A stretch of DNA of 62,620 bases, filler included, from 14 parts of 14 records of this genome joined end to end with filler, not necessarily neighbours in it, one strand, 5' to 3'; shown: positions 12,432-25,268, counted from the first letter of the whole stretch. Notes: generated by a model not told the origin, from the sequence alone. A program made the numbers and translations.

Positions 12432-15203
12432 CTAGTGTGGCCATGGCGGCTCGATGCCGCCAGGGCTGCACCACGTGGGCACCCGTTGTACACTCTGCGC
12501 CATGTCAATGTTGTGGTGCTTGAAGAAATCATCCAGCGATCGCACACTGCCCTGTCCCAACCGCTGGGCGCTGGCACCATACAGCGGGTAGATCTAGCAG
12601 CGATGCCTGCATGAAGCTGGGCATGTCCTTGAGAATCCAGCTTGGCTGCACAGTGGTGGCCGTCTCCATCCCCGGAAATCTGTTCTTCATCAATTAATGC
12701 CAAGTTAAGTGCGTGCCGGAGTAGGTGCTGGATCCGCATCATGACTAGGTCGGTGATGGCATTGTGAGCACCTAAACCAGCTGTTAACCCGAGCGGCGAC
12801 AGTCGAATAGCCGCCACCGACTAACCTGGGTCTGAAAACACGCGGTTAACTGTCTCCCAGAACTTTGACGACTCGGCTCGAACATAGCTGTGACCCGACT
12901 GAGCATTTCGTCAAGCTTGAATCTACTAAAGCGAATCAATCAATCATGCTCACGCATGCTTCAGCTGCGATGCGGTCGGTGCATAGATGTCAAAGCCGCT
13001 TGTCCAGAACCGCGACGACCTGCCAACAACTCCGGCTGTTTTTCCGATCCCTTATGATGGCACATTGCAATCTCCTCTCCCATGAAGATGTACGGTAGAT
13101 ACGGGTCGAATGGAATTGTGGCAAACGCGCTCCCATGGGTGAAGTAGAAGCCTGCGACAGCGTCACAGCATGACTTCCGGTTAGGTATTGACCGGCAGCA
13201 ATAAACCCTGCGCGTACGTACCCCTTGCCGGCAGTGTCCTTGGCTTGAAAGCTCTGCTGCAGCCTAATTGTCTTGCCTGCATCAGTCGAGATCACAGACC
13301 AGCGGTTTGGGCCCGATAACCAGACCCACTGCCTTCGAATGTAAAGCCGCACAGCGGCGCAGCGTGGTCGCTGAAGTGGCCTCCGAACGAGTCTGGATAG
13401 GTCGAGAGCACCTGTGACGATGGTGTTATGTGTGGTGTTAGATTGGGATTCACTGATTTCGGGTAGGACGGCGTGCTCTTAAGCATCTTGATGAAAGCCT
13501 ACCCCGATGGGCACTTCATGATTACATGTAAATGGGGGCTTGTGCCTGGTCCCAGCCTTGTCGGAATTGAGTGTGGGCGTCAATCTGCAGAACAAAATTT
13601 TGGCCGTTCCACACCTAGAATGCCATCAATCGTCAAGCTACCGGGCCTTAAAAAAAGAATCCTCGAATGAATAAAACATTCATCTTAAGTAGGCAGCACA
13701 CTCGCCTTTGAAGCCAGGAACCGCGCAAAGAACGGCCCCCAGGCCTCATAATCCTGCAGCGCTAGCACACGCACCTGCCCAGCCTGCCGGACACTTAATC
13801 TGCAGCCAAGCTCTCAATCGACCTTGCAGAACGGTGAGCCAAACTCGGAGCTGCAGAACTCGGCCGCACAAGGCGGATCTGGATCAGTGGGGATCAGCCT
13901 GCGGGTGTTGGCCCAGCCTGCTCAACAAGACTCAACAGCAAACACTAACGGCAACTTGCCGGTACCAGTCTCGCACTCGGCCTCGCAGTTTTGTTGCACC
14001 ACCGCGACCGTCAGCTTGCCCGGGTTGTCAGCCTGCATTGAGAGTAATTAAAGCTACACGATTGGAGCAGTTGGGGCCTTCTTGAACATGGAACGGAGGG
14101 TGGCTGGGCACGTGTCGTCTCTGTTAGTTGGCACAATCTCTCACTAGAACCAATACAAGGCGAGCCTTGATACTCTATGGGTGGCACCGGTATGAGGCGA
14201 GTGAAACAAACACGCTCCCGTCCTCCTTGACCACAGGCGGCTGTTGCAGGCTGGACAGATTTGGGTCCGCTAGTGCTGCCTGACCGTTGCTAATTTTGTT
14301 GGATCAACGGCCAGGAAATGCCTGCACCGCCTCGAAGAAGCTGAGCACGATCCGCTTGGGCAGCGTATTGGCCTCGTCAGGTGAACATGGCTCCTTCACC
14401 CAGCTCACCTCACCTAAACCACCAATCGTCTCATGCCCATTGACCAGTCACCGTTGGAAGACGGCTCGGGACTCGAGCCCATCCGTAGCTCGTACCGGCC
14501 TTCCCTGGCGCTTACCAGTCCCCCGCAGCTGCGCTGCCTCAGCTGGCCCATGCGCTAAGCCACCGCGTGTCGCGCTGGCAGAGCTTCTTGGCCTTGTCCA
14601 GGCTGACAAAAGAGTGGTAAACAGGTGCATCACCCCCTCAACAGGCGCCTGATTTGGTGCTGCCGGCAGCCATCGCTCGCGCAGCCGCCCAGGAAGGAGT
14701 CACGGTGTTGACCCGACCACTTCGCGCATGGCGCCGGCTGCTTGGTCCGCTTCTTGCGCCGGAGCTTCTCCTGGCCATCAAGTATAACAGACGCTGTCCG
14801 GCTGAAGGAGGGTGTACCCGCTTGGTCATCCGGAGGAACTTGTCCATGTGTGGGGTCAGCCCTGCCGTTACCCGCCGCACCAGCTCCATCACCTGCCAGC
14901 CTTTGCTCGGCGGATGAAAGTGCCGTAGAACCAACTTACGTCGGCCTCACGCTTGGTCTGGCTGGGCTCCCGCCCCGTCGGCCGATTGGTCGGCCCTCGC
15001 CTGGTGTCGGTTATCCCGTTGGTCGGCTTGGCGGTGGGGGACGCCGGGGCAACAGGTGGCGAACTGTTGTGGGAAATCACCAGAAAGGTGGCCAGGGCCA
15101 GCAGGGTTAAAACCAGCCCCCCGGCTGCCATCGGCAGTCGAGCCGAGCGGAAGCCTCGCTGCAGCCAACGGAACTTGCCCGGGCGTGCCGCGCCGTGCTG
15201 CAT
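12432..15203 (-). CDS. GT60-family (Skp1/polypeptide) alpha-GlcNAc transferase-like type II membrane protein, many exons
   Basis: Spliced reading gives VFVSLASYRDDTC, VAVVQQNC, QIDAHTQFRQGWD, LSTYP, FIAAG, PFDPYLPYIFMGEEI, RFWTSGFDIYAP and GSVRSL. N-terminal TM GLVLTLLALATFLVI. Not visible as a single ORF. Confidence 0.8.
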
Positions 15204-15520
15204 GAATCTCGTACGTCGACCGGTAGACTACCCGAGTACAGAGAGCACTCGAATACCGGTATACGTAGTTTCCGCAAAACGGAATTCTGCAGGGTTGAGT
15301 GCTCACTAAAAATGCTTACNNNNNNNNNNNNNNNNNNNNNNNNNNNNNNNNNNNNNNNNNNNNTTAATTAATTAANNNNNNNNNNNNNNNNNNNNNNNNN
15401 NNNNNNNNNNNNNNNNNNNTCGAGTGCCGGCAATGGCTGTACTAATGTAACATTTTTTTAAATTAATGTTAATCGGAGATCTATGTTTGCGTGTTTGAAG
15501 ATCAACAGCGCTCATGGCAT

Positions 15521-16408
15521 CTATCTATCATCCTCCGTCTTCCGGAACACAAACGTGGTGAACATGGCGAGCAGCTCAGCTTGCTGGGCCGAGAGTTTTG
15601 TCGAGCTCGGCTTGAGTAGCGCCAGCATCATCATCGAGCTATGATGCTTCCTGTGGGTCTCAAACAGCGTCTGCAAGTTGATGATCTCCAACACCTCCAG
15701 CCTGCACCGAGCGCACGTATCTATCATCGCAGGAAAGTGCGCCAAGCTTTCGCTCCATTGCAGCTCCTCGCCCCTCAGCCACATCTGCAGCTCGGTACCA
15801 AAGTACCCAAACTCCTGCGAGCTGCTCGACAGCGTGAAATGCAGCAGCGCCCGCTTCACCTCTTTATTGATAAACTCCCTCCTGTCGTTCACGGCTTTTG
15901 ACCAAATCTCTGCTGAATCGGCTGCGAGGCCCATTAAGTACCCCCCCGGGCTGATCTCTGCCGCCGCTGTGCTGGCAAACTCCCGGGCCGCCTCCGGCGA
16001 GCTGAAGAACTGGCCCAGACCGTCGAAGCAGCACACCGCCTGGAATTTGTCCGCCCCGCGCCGCGCCAGTGCGCATCGGTTAATCGAGCCCCAGAGTCCC
16101 TCGCCGGGAACATCGCAACGGACGGCTGTTATGTGCGCCGGGCGGCCGAGCTCCTCCCAGCAGGTCTGGATGGCCTCGCAGCGAGCCACAGTGTCGCCCG
16201 CGATCACAATCTGCGCCGGCCGCGGGAGTGGGAGCGTCCAGAATTCGATCACCTCCCTGGCGTGGTCCGTGCACACCAGCTGGCAGATCGAGCCGTCGGG
16301 GTGGAGCAGCTGGGTGGTCATCATCGCCCGGGCCCAGAGCAGCAGCTTAAGCACATATTGCTGAGGCTCGGGCTTGCCCCCGGGCTCCCCCTTGGGCACT
16401 GAGCTCAT
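15521..16408 (-). CDS. mRNA cap guanine-N7 methyltransferase (RNMT)-like protein, divergent
   Basis: FQAVCCFDGL..FFSSPEAA, ISPGGYLMG, FGTE and ESLAHFP resemble the cap MTase fold. ATG at 16408. Confidence 0.65.
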   Translation of the reverse strand: MSSVPKGEPGGKPEPQQYVLKLLLWARAMMTTQLLHPDGSICQLVCTDHAREVIEFWTLPLPRPAQIVIAGDTVARCEAIQTCWEELGRPAHITAVRCDVPGEGLWGSINRCALARRGADKFQAVCCFDGLGQFFSSPEAAREFASTAAAEISPGGYLMGLAADSAEIWSKAVNDRREFINKEVKRALLHFTLSSSSQEFGYFGTELQMWLRGEELQWSESLAHFPAMIDTCARCRLEVLEIINLQTLFETHRKHHSSMMMLALLKPSSTKLSAQQAELLAMFTTFVFRKTEDDR

Positions 16409-16468
16409 CACAGGGCGCACGGCCACCCCGCGAGCTTTCCAACGGATTCTGGGCTCTGCAGATCGCCG

Positions 16469-17982
16469 ATGGTGCAGGGGGTGCTGATTGAAGACGGCTG
16501 CATCGTGTCGACCGACCCGGCCAGCGGAGCCGAGCTCGGGCGGGTCGTGTGCACCAGCCCGGCCGAGCTGGCCCAGACAGTCGCCCGGGCCCGGGCCGCC
16601 TACCGTGGCTGGCACGCCACTCCGCTGCCCGAGAGAGTAGCCACTCTTAAGCGGGCGGTGGCGGGGCTCGGGCACGACGAGGGGGACGGAATGGAGCCGG
16701 AGGCGCGGGCCCGGGCGGCTGAGCAGCGGGCGCGGCTGGCCGAGCAGATCACACTGGAGATGGGGAAGCCGCTGGAGGAGGCCGCGGACGAGGTGAGCGG
16801 GGCGGTGGACAAGGCGGGCTACCTGGATCTGATCGAGCAGGCCAACGCGCCTGTGGCGGTGGAGAACGGGCTGATGACCCGGGCCGCGCACGGGGTGGTG
16901 GCCCTCATGACGCCGTGGAACTTTCCCGCGGACGAGATCCTGCTGCTTGCGCTGCCGGCGCTGGCGGCAGGGAACGCTGTGGTAGTCAAGCCGAGCGAGA
17001 TGGTGCCTATGACCGGCAAGATCGTGGTGGAGGGCCTCCAGCGGGAGCTGCCTCCCGATGTGATCCAGCTGGCGCAGGGTGACGGGTCGGTAGGCCGTGC
17101 GCTCGTAACCAGCGAGGGTGTCGACATGGTCGCGATGACTGGCTCAACCGGCACTGGTAAGAAGATAATGGCCGGGTGCGCTGAGCGGCTCAAGCGGCTG
17201 GTTCTCGAGCTCGGCGGGAAGGACCCGATGGTGGTTTTCGCGGACGCTGATCTCGACCGTGCGGCCAGCGACGCCGTGACTTATTCTCTCTACAATACAG
17301 GACAGGTCTGCTGCTCCGTTGAGGTCAGTCTTGGGCCTCGCTAGATCCGCCACTCACCCTGGGGCAGCGGGTGTACGTTGCGGAGACGATCAAGAACGAG
17401 TTTGAGAGCAAAGTTCGAGCTCTTGCAGAGAAGTTCGTAGCCGGCCCTGGCCGGGATCCTACGAGCAAGATAGGCCCGCTGGTGAGCCGAGTCCAGCGGG
17501 ACCACGTCGCGGCCCAGGTGGAGGGCGCTATCAAGCAGGGCGCCCGTCTGGTCTGCCAGGCTCCCGCCCCCAGCATGGACGAGCCGGGCAACTTCTACCC
17601 CGCGACGGTCTTGGCGGACGTGGGGCACGCGTTTGATATTTCGACCAATGAGACGTTTGGGCCGGTGGTGGCGCTGACGACGTTCAGTGGGAGTGAGGAG
17701 GAGGCGGTCCGGCTGGCCAACGACTCAGAATTCGGGCTCGCGGCGTACGTTTACTCGTCAGATTTGGACAAGGCCCAGAGAGTGGCAATGCAGATTGAGG
17801 CCGGGCAAGTGGGGATCAACAACTGGACAGTGAACGATGCGCCGGTGGCCTGCCCGTGGTCGGGGGCCAAGCAATCAGGGTTTGGATACCACAGCGGCAG
17901 CGACGGCTGGCGGCAATTTTCGGTGCCAAAGTCGATTATCTTTGCCAAGGAGTCCGGGATACGAGCCCAAGACCGCAGATAA
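16469..17982 (+). CDS. Aldehyde dehydrogenase (SSADH-like), one intron at 17324-17367
   Basis: TPWNFP, KPSE, MTGSTGTG, LELGGKDP, NTGQVCCS (catalytic Cys), ETFGPV and GAKQSGFG. Confidence 0.95.
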
Positions 17983-18332
17983 CCCGGCAGATGCTAGCAC
18001 CGGGTTGAGAATCCAGCTATCATGAACGATTTTCAGTGTTGAGCGCCAGGGAAAGAAGCGAGAGCGGTGTTTGGCACCGTCTCAAGCACTTGCCTGTTGC
18101 CACTTCCTCGCGATCGTACTATCGTTTAATTAATACTCGATCTCGTGTTATCAGCACTTGTCTAAACTTGATCTAAGATCTAGACTCGTTGTCCGTACAA
18201 CGACTTGTATGCATCATGAATGTTGTCCCGGTCGGGATTCGGATTGGGGATACGTTCACGAGCTCTCGAGCCTCAGTCGAGCCTGAAGATCAGGAGTGCG
18301 GACTCTCATCAGGATGAATCCGATTTGACGTG

Positions 18333-19786
18333 CATGGAGGTACATATTGCGGATGCCAGCAGAAGCCTCTCGGCGTAGCCGTCTGCCGGTGCAGCGCTGC
18401 TGATCGGGACAGTCGGCCACCATGTCGCGGCGTGCACGCCCGGACCCTCGCCCGCAGATCAAGCGCATCTTCGACAGCATGGTCCCGCCGGCCGCTGTCG
18501 ATCCCTGCTGACCGAACCGGCGCAGAGCCCCAGTCCCTCGGGCGTCGTCGACCGGAAGCGGATCGGCCCGATCGGTGGCTGCGAGGCCGGGCCGGGCGCG
18601 ACGGGCTGTCAGGCGAGTGCGTGGCCAAGTATTGGGGGGAGGAGGCCAACCAGCGGATGATGCGCGTGTTCAGCGCCACCTCCAACCAGCGGCTCAACCT
18701 GCAAGTGTTTGAGGAGTTCATTGAGTCGCTGCTGGTCCTCGGGTGCCCCCGCTGCTGCACCCCCCTACAGCCCGCTGCAGGTTCGACCGGAAGTTCGCTC
18801 GGTCAGGCAGCGTTGCCGAGTTCGATATGCTTGGGTGGGCCGCCAGCTGCGGCCGGGCTGAGCTGGGCGGCAGCTCGATCATCCGCAGCGTGCGGGGGCA
18901 GAGCGCCGATCTGGCTCAGGTGAAGCAGAAGGTGCCGCGCGGTGCAGCAGCCGGCCGCAGCGGGCGGGCGTAGGCAAGCCGCTGGCTGCGGAGCAAGGGC
19001 AGCGTGGCCAAGGATGAGTTTGTCGCGTTCGTAATGTGCGAACTGCTCACCGACCCAACAGAAACCACGGTGCGCACAGCCCTGTCTGGAGCCCGACCGG
19101 TGGGCCGCACAGTTTGTAGCTCGAATGAAAGAGTTCATTAAGACTCTACAGAGGGCAGGTGGGCACAAGCCGCCGACACGTGCCGCCCCAGCTGTGGCGC
19201 CTGTGAACACACGGACGGCCTGCCTGACGCTGTTTGACTTACTCAAAGGGGACGACGAGAACGGCCGGCCAAAGGATTGGCTTTCAAGGGATGATATCAA
19301 GTTCCTGGGAGACATTTTGTCTCGGAACTGGACTGCCGAGCAGAATGAGAGACTAATGGCCAAGCTAGACCCGCGCGGGGCCGGCAAGATCTACTGCAAA
19401 GACTTCGAGGTGCCGCTCCCCGGCCGCTCAGAGCTGACTGTGTGCAGGACTTCTTGACTGAGATGTGTGGAATGGCGTTCGAGCGGCTCGACGCTGACCG
19501 GTCCGGCACTCTGGAACCGCACGAGCTGGCTGTGGTGAGCCAAGCGTTCAACAGGAATCACGATGAGCTGATGCAAAAGTTCAAGCACAACCAGCACGTC
19601 GGGCGAGAGGAGTTTATCACGTTTGTGATTAGCGAGTGCATACACGGGTTAGAGAGCGATAGTATCAAGCAGGGACTAGGGCACTTTCTGGTGCTCGGCG
19701 GGCAACATTTGGCACCAGCGGCGGCTCCTGCCAATACCTCTGTACCACACCAGGGCCCTGCACCAGGACCACCTGCGCCAGGGCCG
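18333..19786 (+). CDS. Multi-exon EF-hand-containing protein, 3'-partial; start uncertain
   Basis: LDPRGAGKIYCKDFE and FERLDADRSGTLEPHEL loops. Multiple short introns. Confidence 0.55.
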
Positions 19787-19886
19787 NNNNNNNNNNNNNN
19801 NNNNNNNNNNNNNNNNNNNNNNNNNNNNNNTTAATTAATTAANNNNNNNNNNNNNNNNNNNNNNNNNNNNNNNNNNNNNNNNNNNN

Positions 19887-20534
19887 CTGCTGCACATCAA
19901 CCTTTGCCTTTGCAGCAGCAGCCTCTGCCTCAGCTTTGGACACAGCAGCCTCCTTTTCTGCGAGCGTAGCCGCCTGCACCTCATCCTCGGCAACGGTCAT
20001 CTCGTAGAGCGCTTGTTCTTCGGCGATGCACGCCTGGCTTGCCAGCTCGGCCAGCTCCCTCGTTTTGACCGCGGCTTCCTCCGCAGCCTTCACCCTAGCG
20101 TCCTCCTCCTCCGCAAAGCTCCGGTGCAGCTGCTCAGTGGGCGACATAACCCTGAGTCCGCCGGTCTCCGCCGCCTCCTGCGCGCCGTCGTGCCAGCCCA
20201 CCGGCGAGCTCTTGGCGTAGCTCGGAACGGTCGGGCCGGCCGGGCTGGACGCGGCCTCGAGCTCGGCCGTCTCGGGAGTCTGCGCGGCTGCCGGCTCGCT
20301 GGGGGTGGGCTCTTGCGCCATCACGGTCCCCATCACAACAGTGTACCGCGGCTGCTCCTCGGCCGGCGGGTCGGCTGGCTGGGCGGGGGGGGCTTTGGGG
20401 GCCGGCTGGAGGGCGAGCGGCTCGCGGGCCGGCGGCTCGACCCCGCACTGGACGTTGAGCCGGTCGAGCTGGTTGTCGAGCCGCTCCATCCGCTCCTGGA
20501 TGGAGAGCGACGCTCCTCGAGCGAAGCGCACCAT
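19887..20534 (-). CDS. Hypothetical Ala/Glu-rich coiled-coil protein, 3'-partial
   Basis: Open frame from ATG 20534 to the contig edge with coding-like composition. Confidence 0.55.
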
Positions 20535-20684
20535 GCTGCTCTTGCTAAGCTGGTGCCGCTCGCACCTGCCTGTGCAACCGAAATTCGCCAAACTGACAAT
20601 GTTCAACAAATGAACAGCTCGATGCTCAGACAGCTCGGTCACCCGTGATGAGGAGGCCGTAGCCAGGCCACCCGTGTGCGCGGC

Positions 20685-22231
20685 ATGACTGCGATGGACG
20701 ACATCGACCTGCGGGTGCGCACACCGCCCTGCGCTGCCGCCCACCGCCCCCGCAGGTGGAGCAGTCGTTGCGGGAGGCCGATGCGGCCGTCAACTGGGCC
20801 AAGTCCATGTTCTCCCCCGAGCCGGACACCCCCGGCCCGAGCGGGATTCCGTTGGACTACGCCGACCTCCGGGCGCAGGTGGGCAGGCTGGGCGAGCCGG
20901 CCGAGCTCCCGGGGCCGGAGCCCGAGCCGCCGGCCACCCAGCGGATGCCGGAGTTCGGGGGAATGGAGCTGCGGGTGCAGCGGGCGCTGGGCGAGTCGGC
21001 GGCCGGGATGGACTGGCGGGCGCGGCTAGATGCGACGGCCGCCGGGCGGTCGCCCTACCCGCTGCCGGAGCAGCGCGACTTTGGGGAGACCGCCAACCAA
21101 AAGCTGAGCGAAGGCCTGGACGCTCTGAGCGACGCACAGCTGGCGCACAGGTGCACGGTGCTGGAGCTGCAGATGGAAGAGGTGCTGGCGCACGCTCGGA
21201 TGATTCAGACCAAGGCGGCTGAGGAGGTCGCACTGCTGCACGCGACACACCAGCGCGAGCTGGTTCAGCTCCGGACTGCGGCTGACGACGAACTAGCGGC
21301 GATGCGGGAACAGACGGGCAAGGCGCACCGCGAGCTGCTGATGGCCAAGCAGCACAGCGGGTCCGAGTCTAACGAGGTGCCGTCGGCGCCGGGCCGATTT
21401 GATTCGCGCTCGCAGGCCGAGAAGGAACTGCTCAAACTCAGGAGGCTGGTCGAACCGTTGGAGGCTCAAGTTACCCGGCTAACGGGGCAGCTCGAGCAGG
21501 AGCAGAAGGCCGGCGCCCAGGCCCGGGCCGAGCTGGCCGACCAGATGCGGAGCGTCAACGCTGAGATGCTCCGGCTCCAGAGCGCACAGGCGGTGGCCAC
21601 TGAGGCGTGCGACGTGGCAGTGGAGTCCAAGCGGTGTGCCCGGGCCGGGCGCAGCTGGCTGATTCGGTTGCAGGGACCTGGCTGCGGAGAACCATCAGCA
21701 GAAGCTCACGATCCGACGGCTTGAAGCCGAGGCGAGCCAGCTGAGACAAGGCCTGATGGAGCTAGCCAAGCGGCGAGGGGGGGTGCCGCCGGTAGTGCCG
21801 GTGGGGGCTCAGCTGAGTGAGGACGAGCTGATGCAGCTAGACAGCCAGGACCAGGCGCTGCACGCGTCTGCCATCTCCGGCCGGTCGGAGCAGATTGGGA
21901 GGATGGTGGATGAGGAGGAGGTTCAGTACCGCAGCTTGGTGCTGCAGGCGGAGCTCGCTTCGCAGGAGCAGGAGCATAAGGACCAAGAGCTGGCCCGACT
22001 GCTGACCCGGACCGAGGTGGCTTCAAAGTCTCTAGCGGGGGCGGCGCATCTGGTGTCGGTGCGCTGAGTCTTAAATCAATTTGAGCGAATTGGTGGCAGG
22101 ACGGGAGTGATCAAGATCCCGATGTTTCGGACCCCAATAATTGGCGTCAAATATTGAGGCGAGGGCATGATGCGAGAGTGGCTGCAGCTGATGAGGGCGG
22201 TGCGCGGATCGGCCGGATGTTCAATGACTAA
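20685..22231 (+). CDS. Hypothetical coiled-coil protein, about three introns
   Basis: ORFs 20756-21724 and 21756-22067 can be joined through short introns. Heptad-rich E/L/Q sequence. Confidence 0.6.
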
Positions 22232-22549
22232 TCATGATATAAAGTGTGATATTAATATTAACCGTACGTAGACTCCGTCGGTCACGTTGAAAATTTTAAG
22301 TATGGTATTAGACGACGTATTCTAATTGTGTTGAAACTGTCTGGAATCGTACATGTCGATCATGAGTTAAAATAAATGTGAGTGTACGTATACGTGAGCA
22401 GGAGCTAAAAATAATTTGTACGTGAGCTTCAGGTTCTGATTTCTATATCGTTGGACTATATGTTGTACGCATGCATGGGGAGTGTCCAGAGCACACGAAC
22501 TCTTGACTGTGTCTCCAGCAGCTCTTTCTCTAAGCTCTTTGTTGTCAAC

Positions 22550-23042
22550 TTACGTCATTATATGATCTATAAAGGTCGGCAAATACGGAGTCAGTGCTAC
22601 CTTGAGGTCTGCTGCCAGCTTCGGTGGTCCATAAGCACAAGGCTCGTAGCCAACAGGCTCTGATAAACATACGTGTTGCACTTGTACGATAAAGGGCAGA
22701 GGCGGCCAAGTTTGTAGATTTGGCAAGTTCGAATTGCGCATCAGTTCGACTGGACTTGGATATCCATCCTGCAGCCCTTGCAAAGCGTCTGTGAGCCCAG
22801 TGCTAAGAAACATTTCAGGCACCGATGCTGTCGCGTTTGGACAAGAATTAGTTGGCATACGTGTGGTCTCTGCTTGAGTATCATACGAGGGATTAGGTGC
22901 TGGCACAGTCGTAGCCTCTGCTGCGTGCTCAGGCTCGGCTGAAGTCTCTGCCACAAACTCAGGCTCGACTGCAGGCTCTGGCGCATGATCTGGCTCTGCT
23001 GCCAACTCCGTTGCGAACCAACCAAGCGGCCAACCTGTCGGT
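22550..23042 (-). CDS. Hypothetical protein fragment with degenerate AEPE-type repeats
   Basis: AAEPDHAPEPAVEPEF..SAEPEHAAE in an ORF running from the contig edge. No family recognised. Confidence 0.3.
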
Positions 23043-23142
23043 NNNNNNNNNNNNNNNNNNNNNNNNNNNNNNNNNNNNNNNNNNNNTTAATTAATTAANN
23101 NNNNNNNNNNNNNNNNNNNNNNNNNNNNNNNNNNNNNNNNNN

Positions 23143-23812
23143 ATGCGCGCAAGTCTCTCCCACTGGTAGCGCTCCCGGACCTGATCCCGGACCCATGGCT
23201 CGCCTCGCCCAGTGTGATAATGGTCGCGGGCCTGCTGCTCTACCTCTGGGGGGATACCCATTTCTACTGGACCCACAGGTGCAGAGCGAGCTCGGCCCGG
23301 CTCACCAGGCGGCAGGGCGCTGCACACAAAGTGGCTCTACCGCAACGTGCACAAGATGCATCACGAATCGTTCAATCCAGACCCGTGGTGACCCGCCCTG
23401 CCCAGCGTGGCGGCTGAGCGTTCACAGGTCCGGGCTATCCATGCACCCTTTTGAGAGCGCAGTCTATTTCTCGTCAGCCTCGCTCCTGGCGCTGTTCGCG
23501 CCGGCCTGGGCGTTCCGGGTGATGAGCAAGGGTCTGATCATCTTCCCTTTGGAGGGGCATTCCGGCTTTGGCCACTGGGAGATTGAGGCCAGTCACAATC
23601 ATTACATTCACCATGCCAAATTCAACTGGAATTACGGCTCGTCCCCACTGTGGGACCATCTGTGCGGCACCCAATACGAGTATGGCGCTAAGGTTCCCGG
23701 GATGGGCGATGATGAAACCGCTGAGAGGGCTGAAGCGGCAGCTGAGCAGGCCAAATTGGTTGGAGCGTCACTTGGTTCTGATCTGGCCAAACCTCCCAGC
23801 AAGCTCCACTGA
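23143..23812 (+). CDS. Sterol desaturase / fatty acid hydroxylase family protein, 5'-partial
   Basis: His boxes after splicing: FYWTHRALH, VHKMHHES, MHPFE, EGHSG and HYIHHAKFNWNYG. Confidence 0.9.
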
Positions 23813-24116
23813 GCTGTCTCGGCATCTGATTATGCATGCAACCCTAAGTTTTTGTTTTCACCTCTCTCTTTAGCTTCAGGTACATTAATTAGAAGCTCGA
23901 AAGCCAACGCCCGCACGACGTGGCCCACGAAAACATGTAGAAAAGATAGTCATGGGGCCTTAAGCTCACATTACCTCTTATTGCTCGATAAATTATACAG
24001 TCACACGCGTGCACATGTGAATACGCCTAACTTTGAATTGATAAACACCTAACTTTGAATTAAAATGTATTGCAACACCTAGAGGAGGTGAATTTGGAGT
24101 GCAATTGTAGCAATCT

Positions 24117-24564
24117 TCAGGTAGCTGGCTTCAGCTTGGCGGCTGTCTCGTGCTTCTCCACAGTGGTGGTTTTGACCGTTAGCCCGTGCATGTCCTGTAT
24201 GTCTGTGGCCAGCACTGCCTTTACCTGCCGCCCGGTGTGACAGCAGCCAGGCCAGCCGCCCGCGCCTTCTTGTGTTGCTTGACCAGACTCATCCCCTTGA
24301 ACTCGTCCGAGGCCACGTAGATCTCGTACATCGACCCGCACCCGCCTGCCCGCCCTCCGCCGCCCGCCTGCCAGCCGGCCCGCCTGAGATGTCCCGGACG
24401 CTGGCGTGGTGCAGCGCGATCCCACCCGAGAGCACCTCGAGCAGGTGGGCCTCCCCCGGACTGCCCGCATCCCCAGCGGTTGAGGCCACCCCCCGATGCG
24501 CGGCGGGCAGGAGCCGTGCCCAGCGGCCAACAGCCCGGTTCGCTTGACAGACAGAGCGAAGCAT
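24117..24564 (-). CDS. BOLA3: BolA3-like mitochondrial Fe-S assembly factor; two GC-AG introns (24346-24383, 24225-24265)
   Basis: Spliced: VRDISGGCGSMYEIYVASDEFKGMSLVKQHKKVKAVLATDIQDMHGL. Arg-rich N-terminal presequence MLRSVCQANRAVGRWARLL. Confidence 0.85.
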
Positions 24565-24645
24565 TTCCGCCGAGGCCCGAGGGCCTCGAGGGCCACGACC
24601 GAGCAACGGACTTTTGACAGGCAGGCAGCTGGACGGGGCGGAGGC

Positions 24646-25268
24646 ATGTCCGTCGAACGACTGACGCTCGAGGAAGTCAGCTCCTTCGAGAAGGCTCGGG
24701 ACTGGCCGCTGCCCTGTTGCTGAGCACCGGCTGGCAGGAAACGGTCGAGCCGGAGGAGGGGATGATACACACTTTCGCTGTCGAATGCTTCTCCAACCAG
24801 GCCTCCAAGACGCAAGCGATCGCCACCGCCACCGAGCGGCTGCCGCGGGAGGTACAGGACTTCTTGGCCGGCCCCGAGTTCTTCGACTTCTGCGACCAGA
24901 TGTTCGGTGCGGGGGGGGGAGGGGCGGGTGAGTCAGGCCGGTGCAGAGGAGCTGGACACTAGTTTCACCATGACGCTCAACACCGAGCAGCTGCTCGTAG
25001 GTTGCACGCTGGCCGTCCATCCTGTCAGCCCCACTGACAGGCTTGAACCAGCTAGCGGACGATTTTAAGCTGCACCCGCCCACCCAGGAGGATGCGGAGG
25101 CACCGCACACCAACTGAGCCTGGGGCGAGTGGGCGGCAGATGTGGATTACCGAGTTTGATCAAAACCACACGGGCAAGATCGACTATGAGGAGTGGGTCA
25201 ACATGTGTAAAGTGCTCACGCTGCTAGTGCTAGCCGAAGCACAGAAGCGAAAAGAGGCCGCACGATAA
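24646..25268 (+). CDS. Small EF-hand protein, about three introns
   Basis: FDQNHTGKIDYEEW canonical loop and FEELDTSFTMTLNTEQL degenerate loop. Confidence 0.7.

Noticed and set aside
4129-15203. Aldehyde oxidase, NRPS-PKS and glycosyltransferase as a biosynthetic gene cluster
   Set aside because: The three genes are on different contigs separated by linkers.
16409-16891. The 456-aa ORF 15521-16891 as one protein overlapping ALDH
   Set aside because: The extension is the antisense shadow of ALDH in GC-rich DNA. The likely start is ATG 16408.
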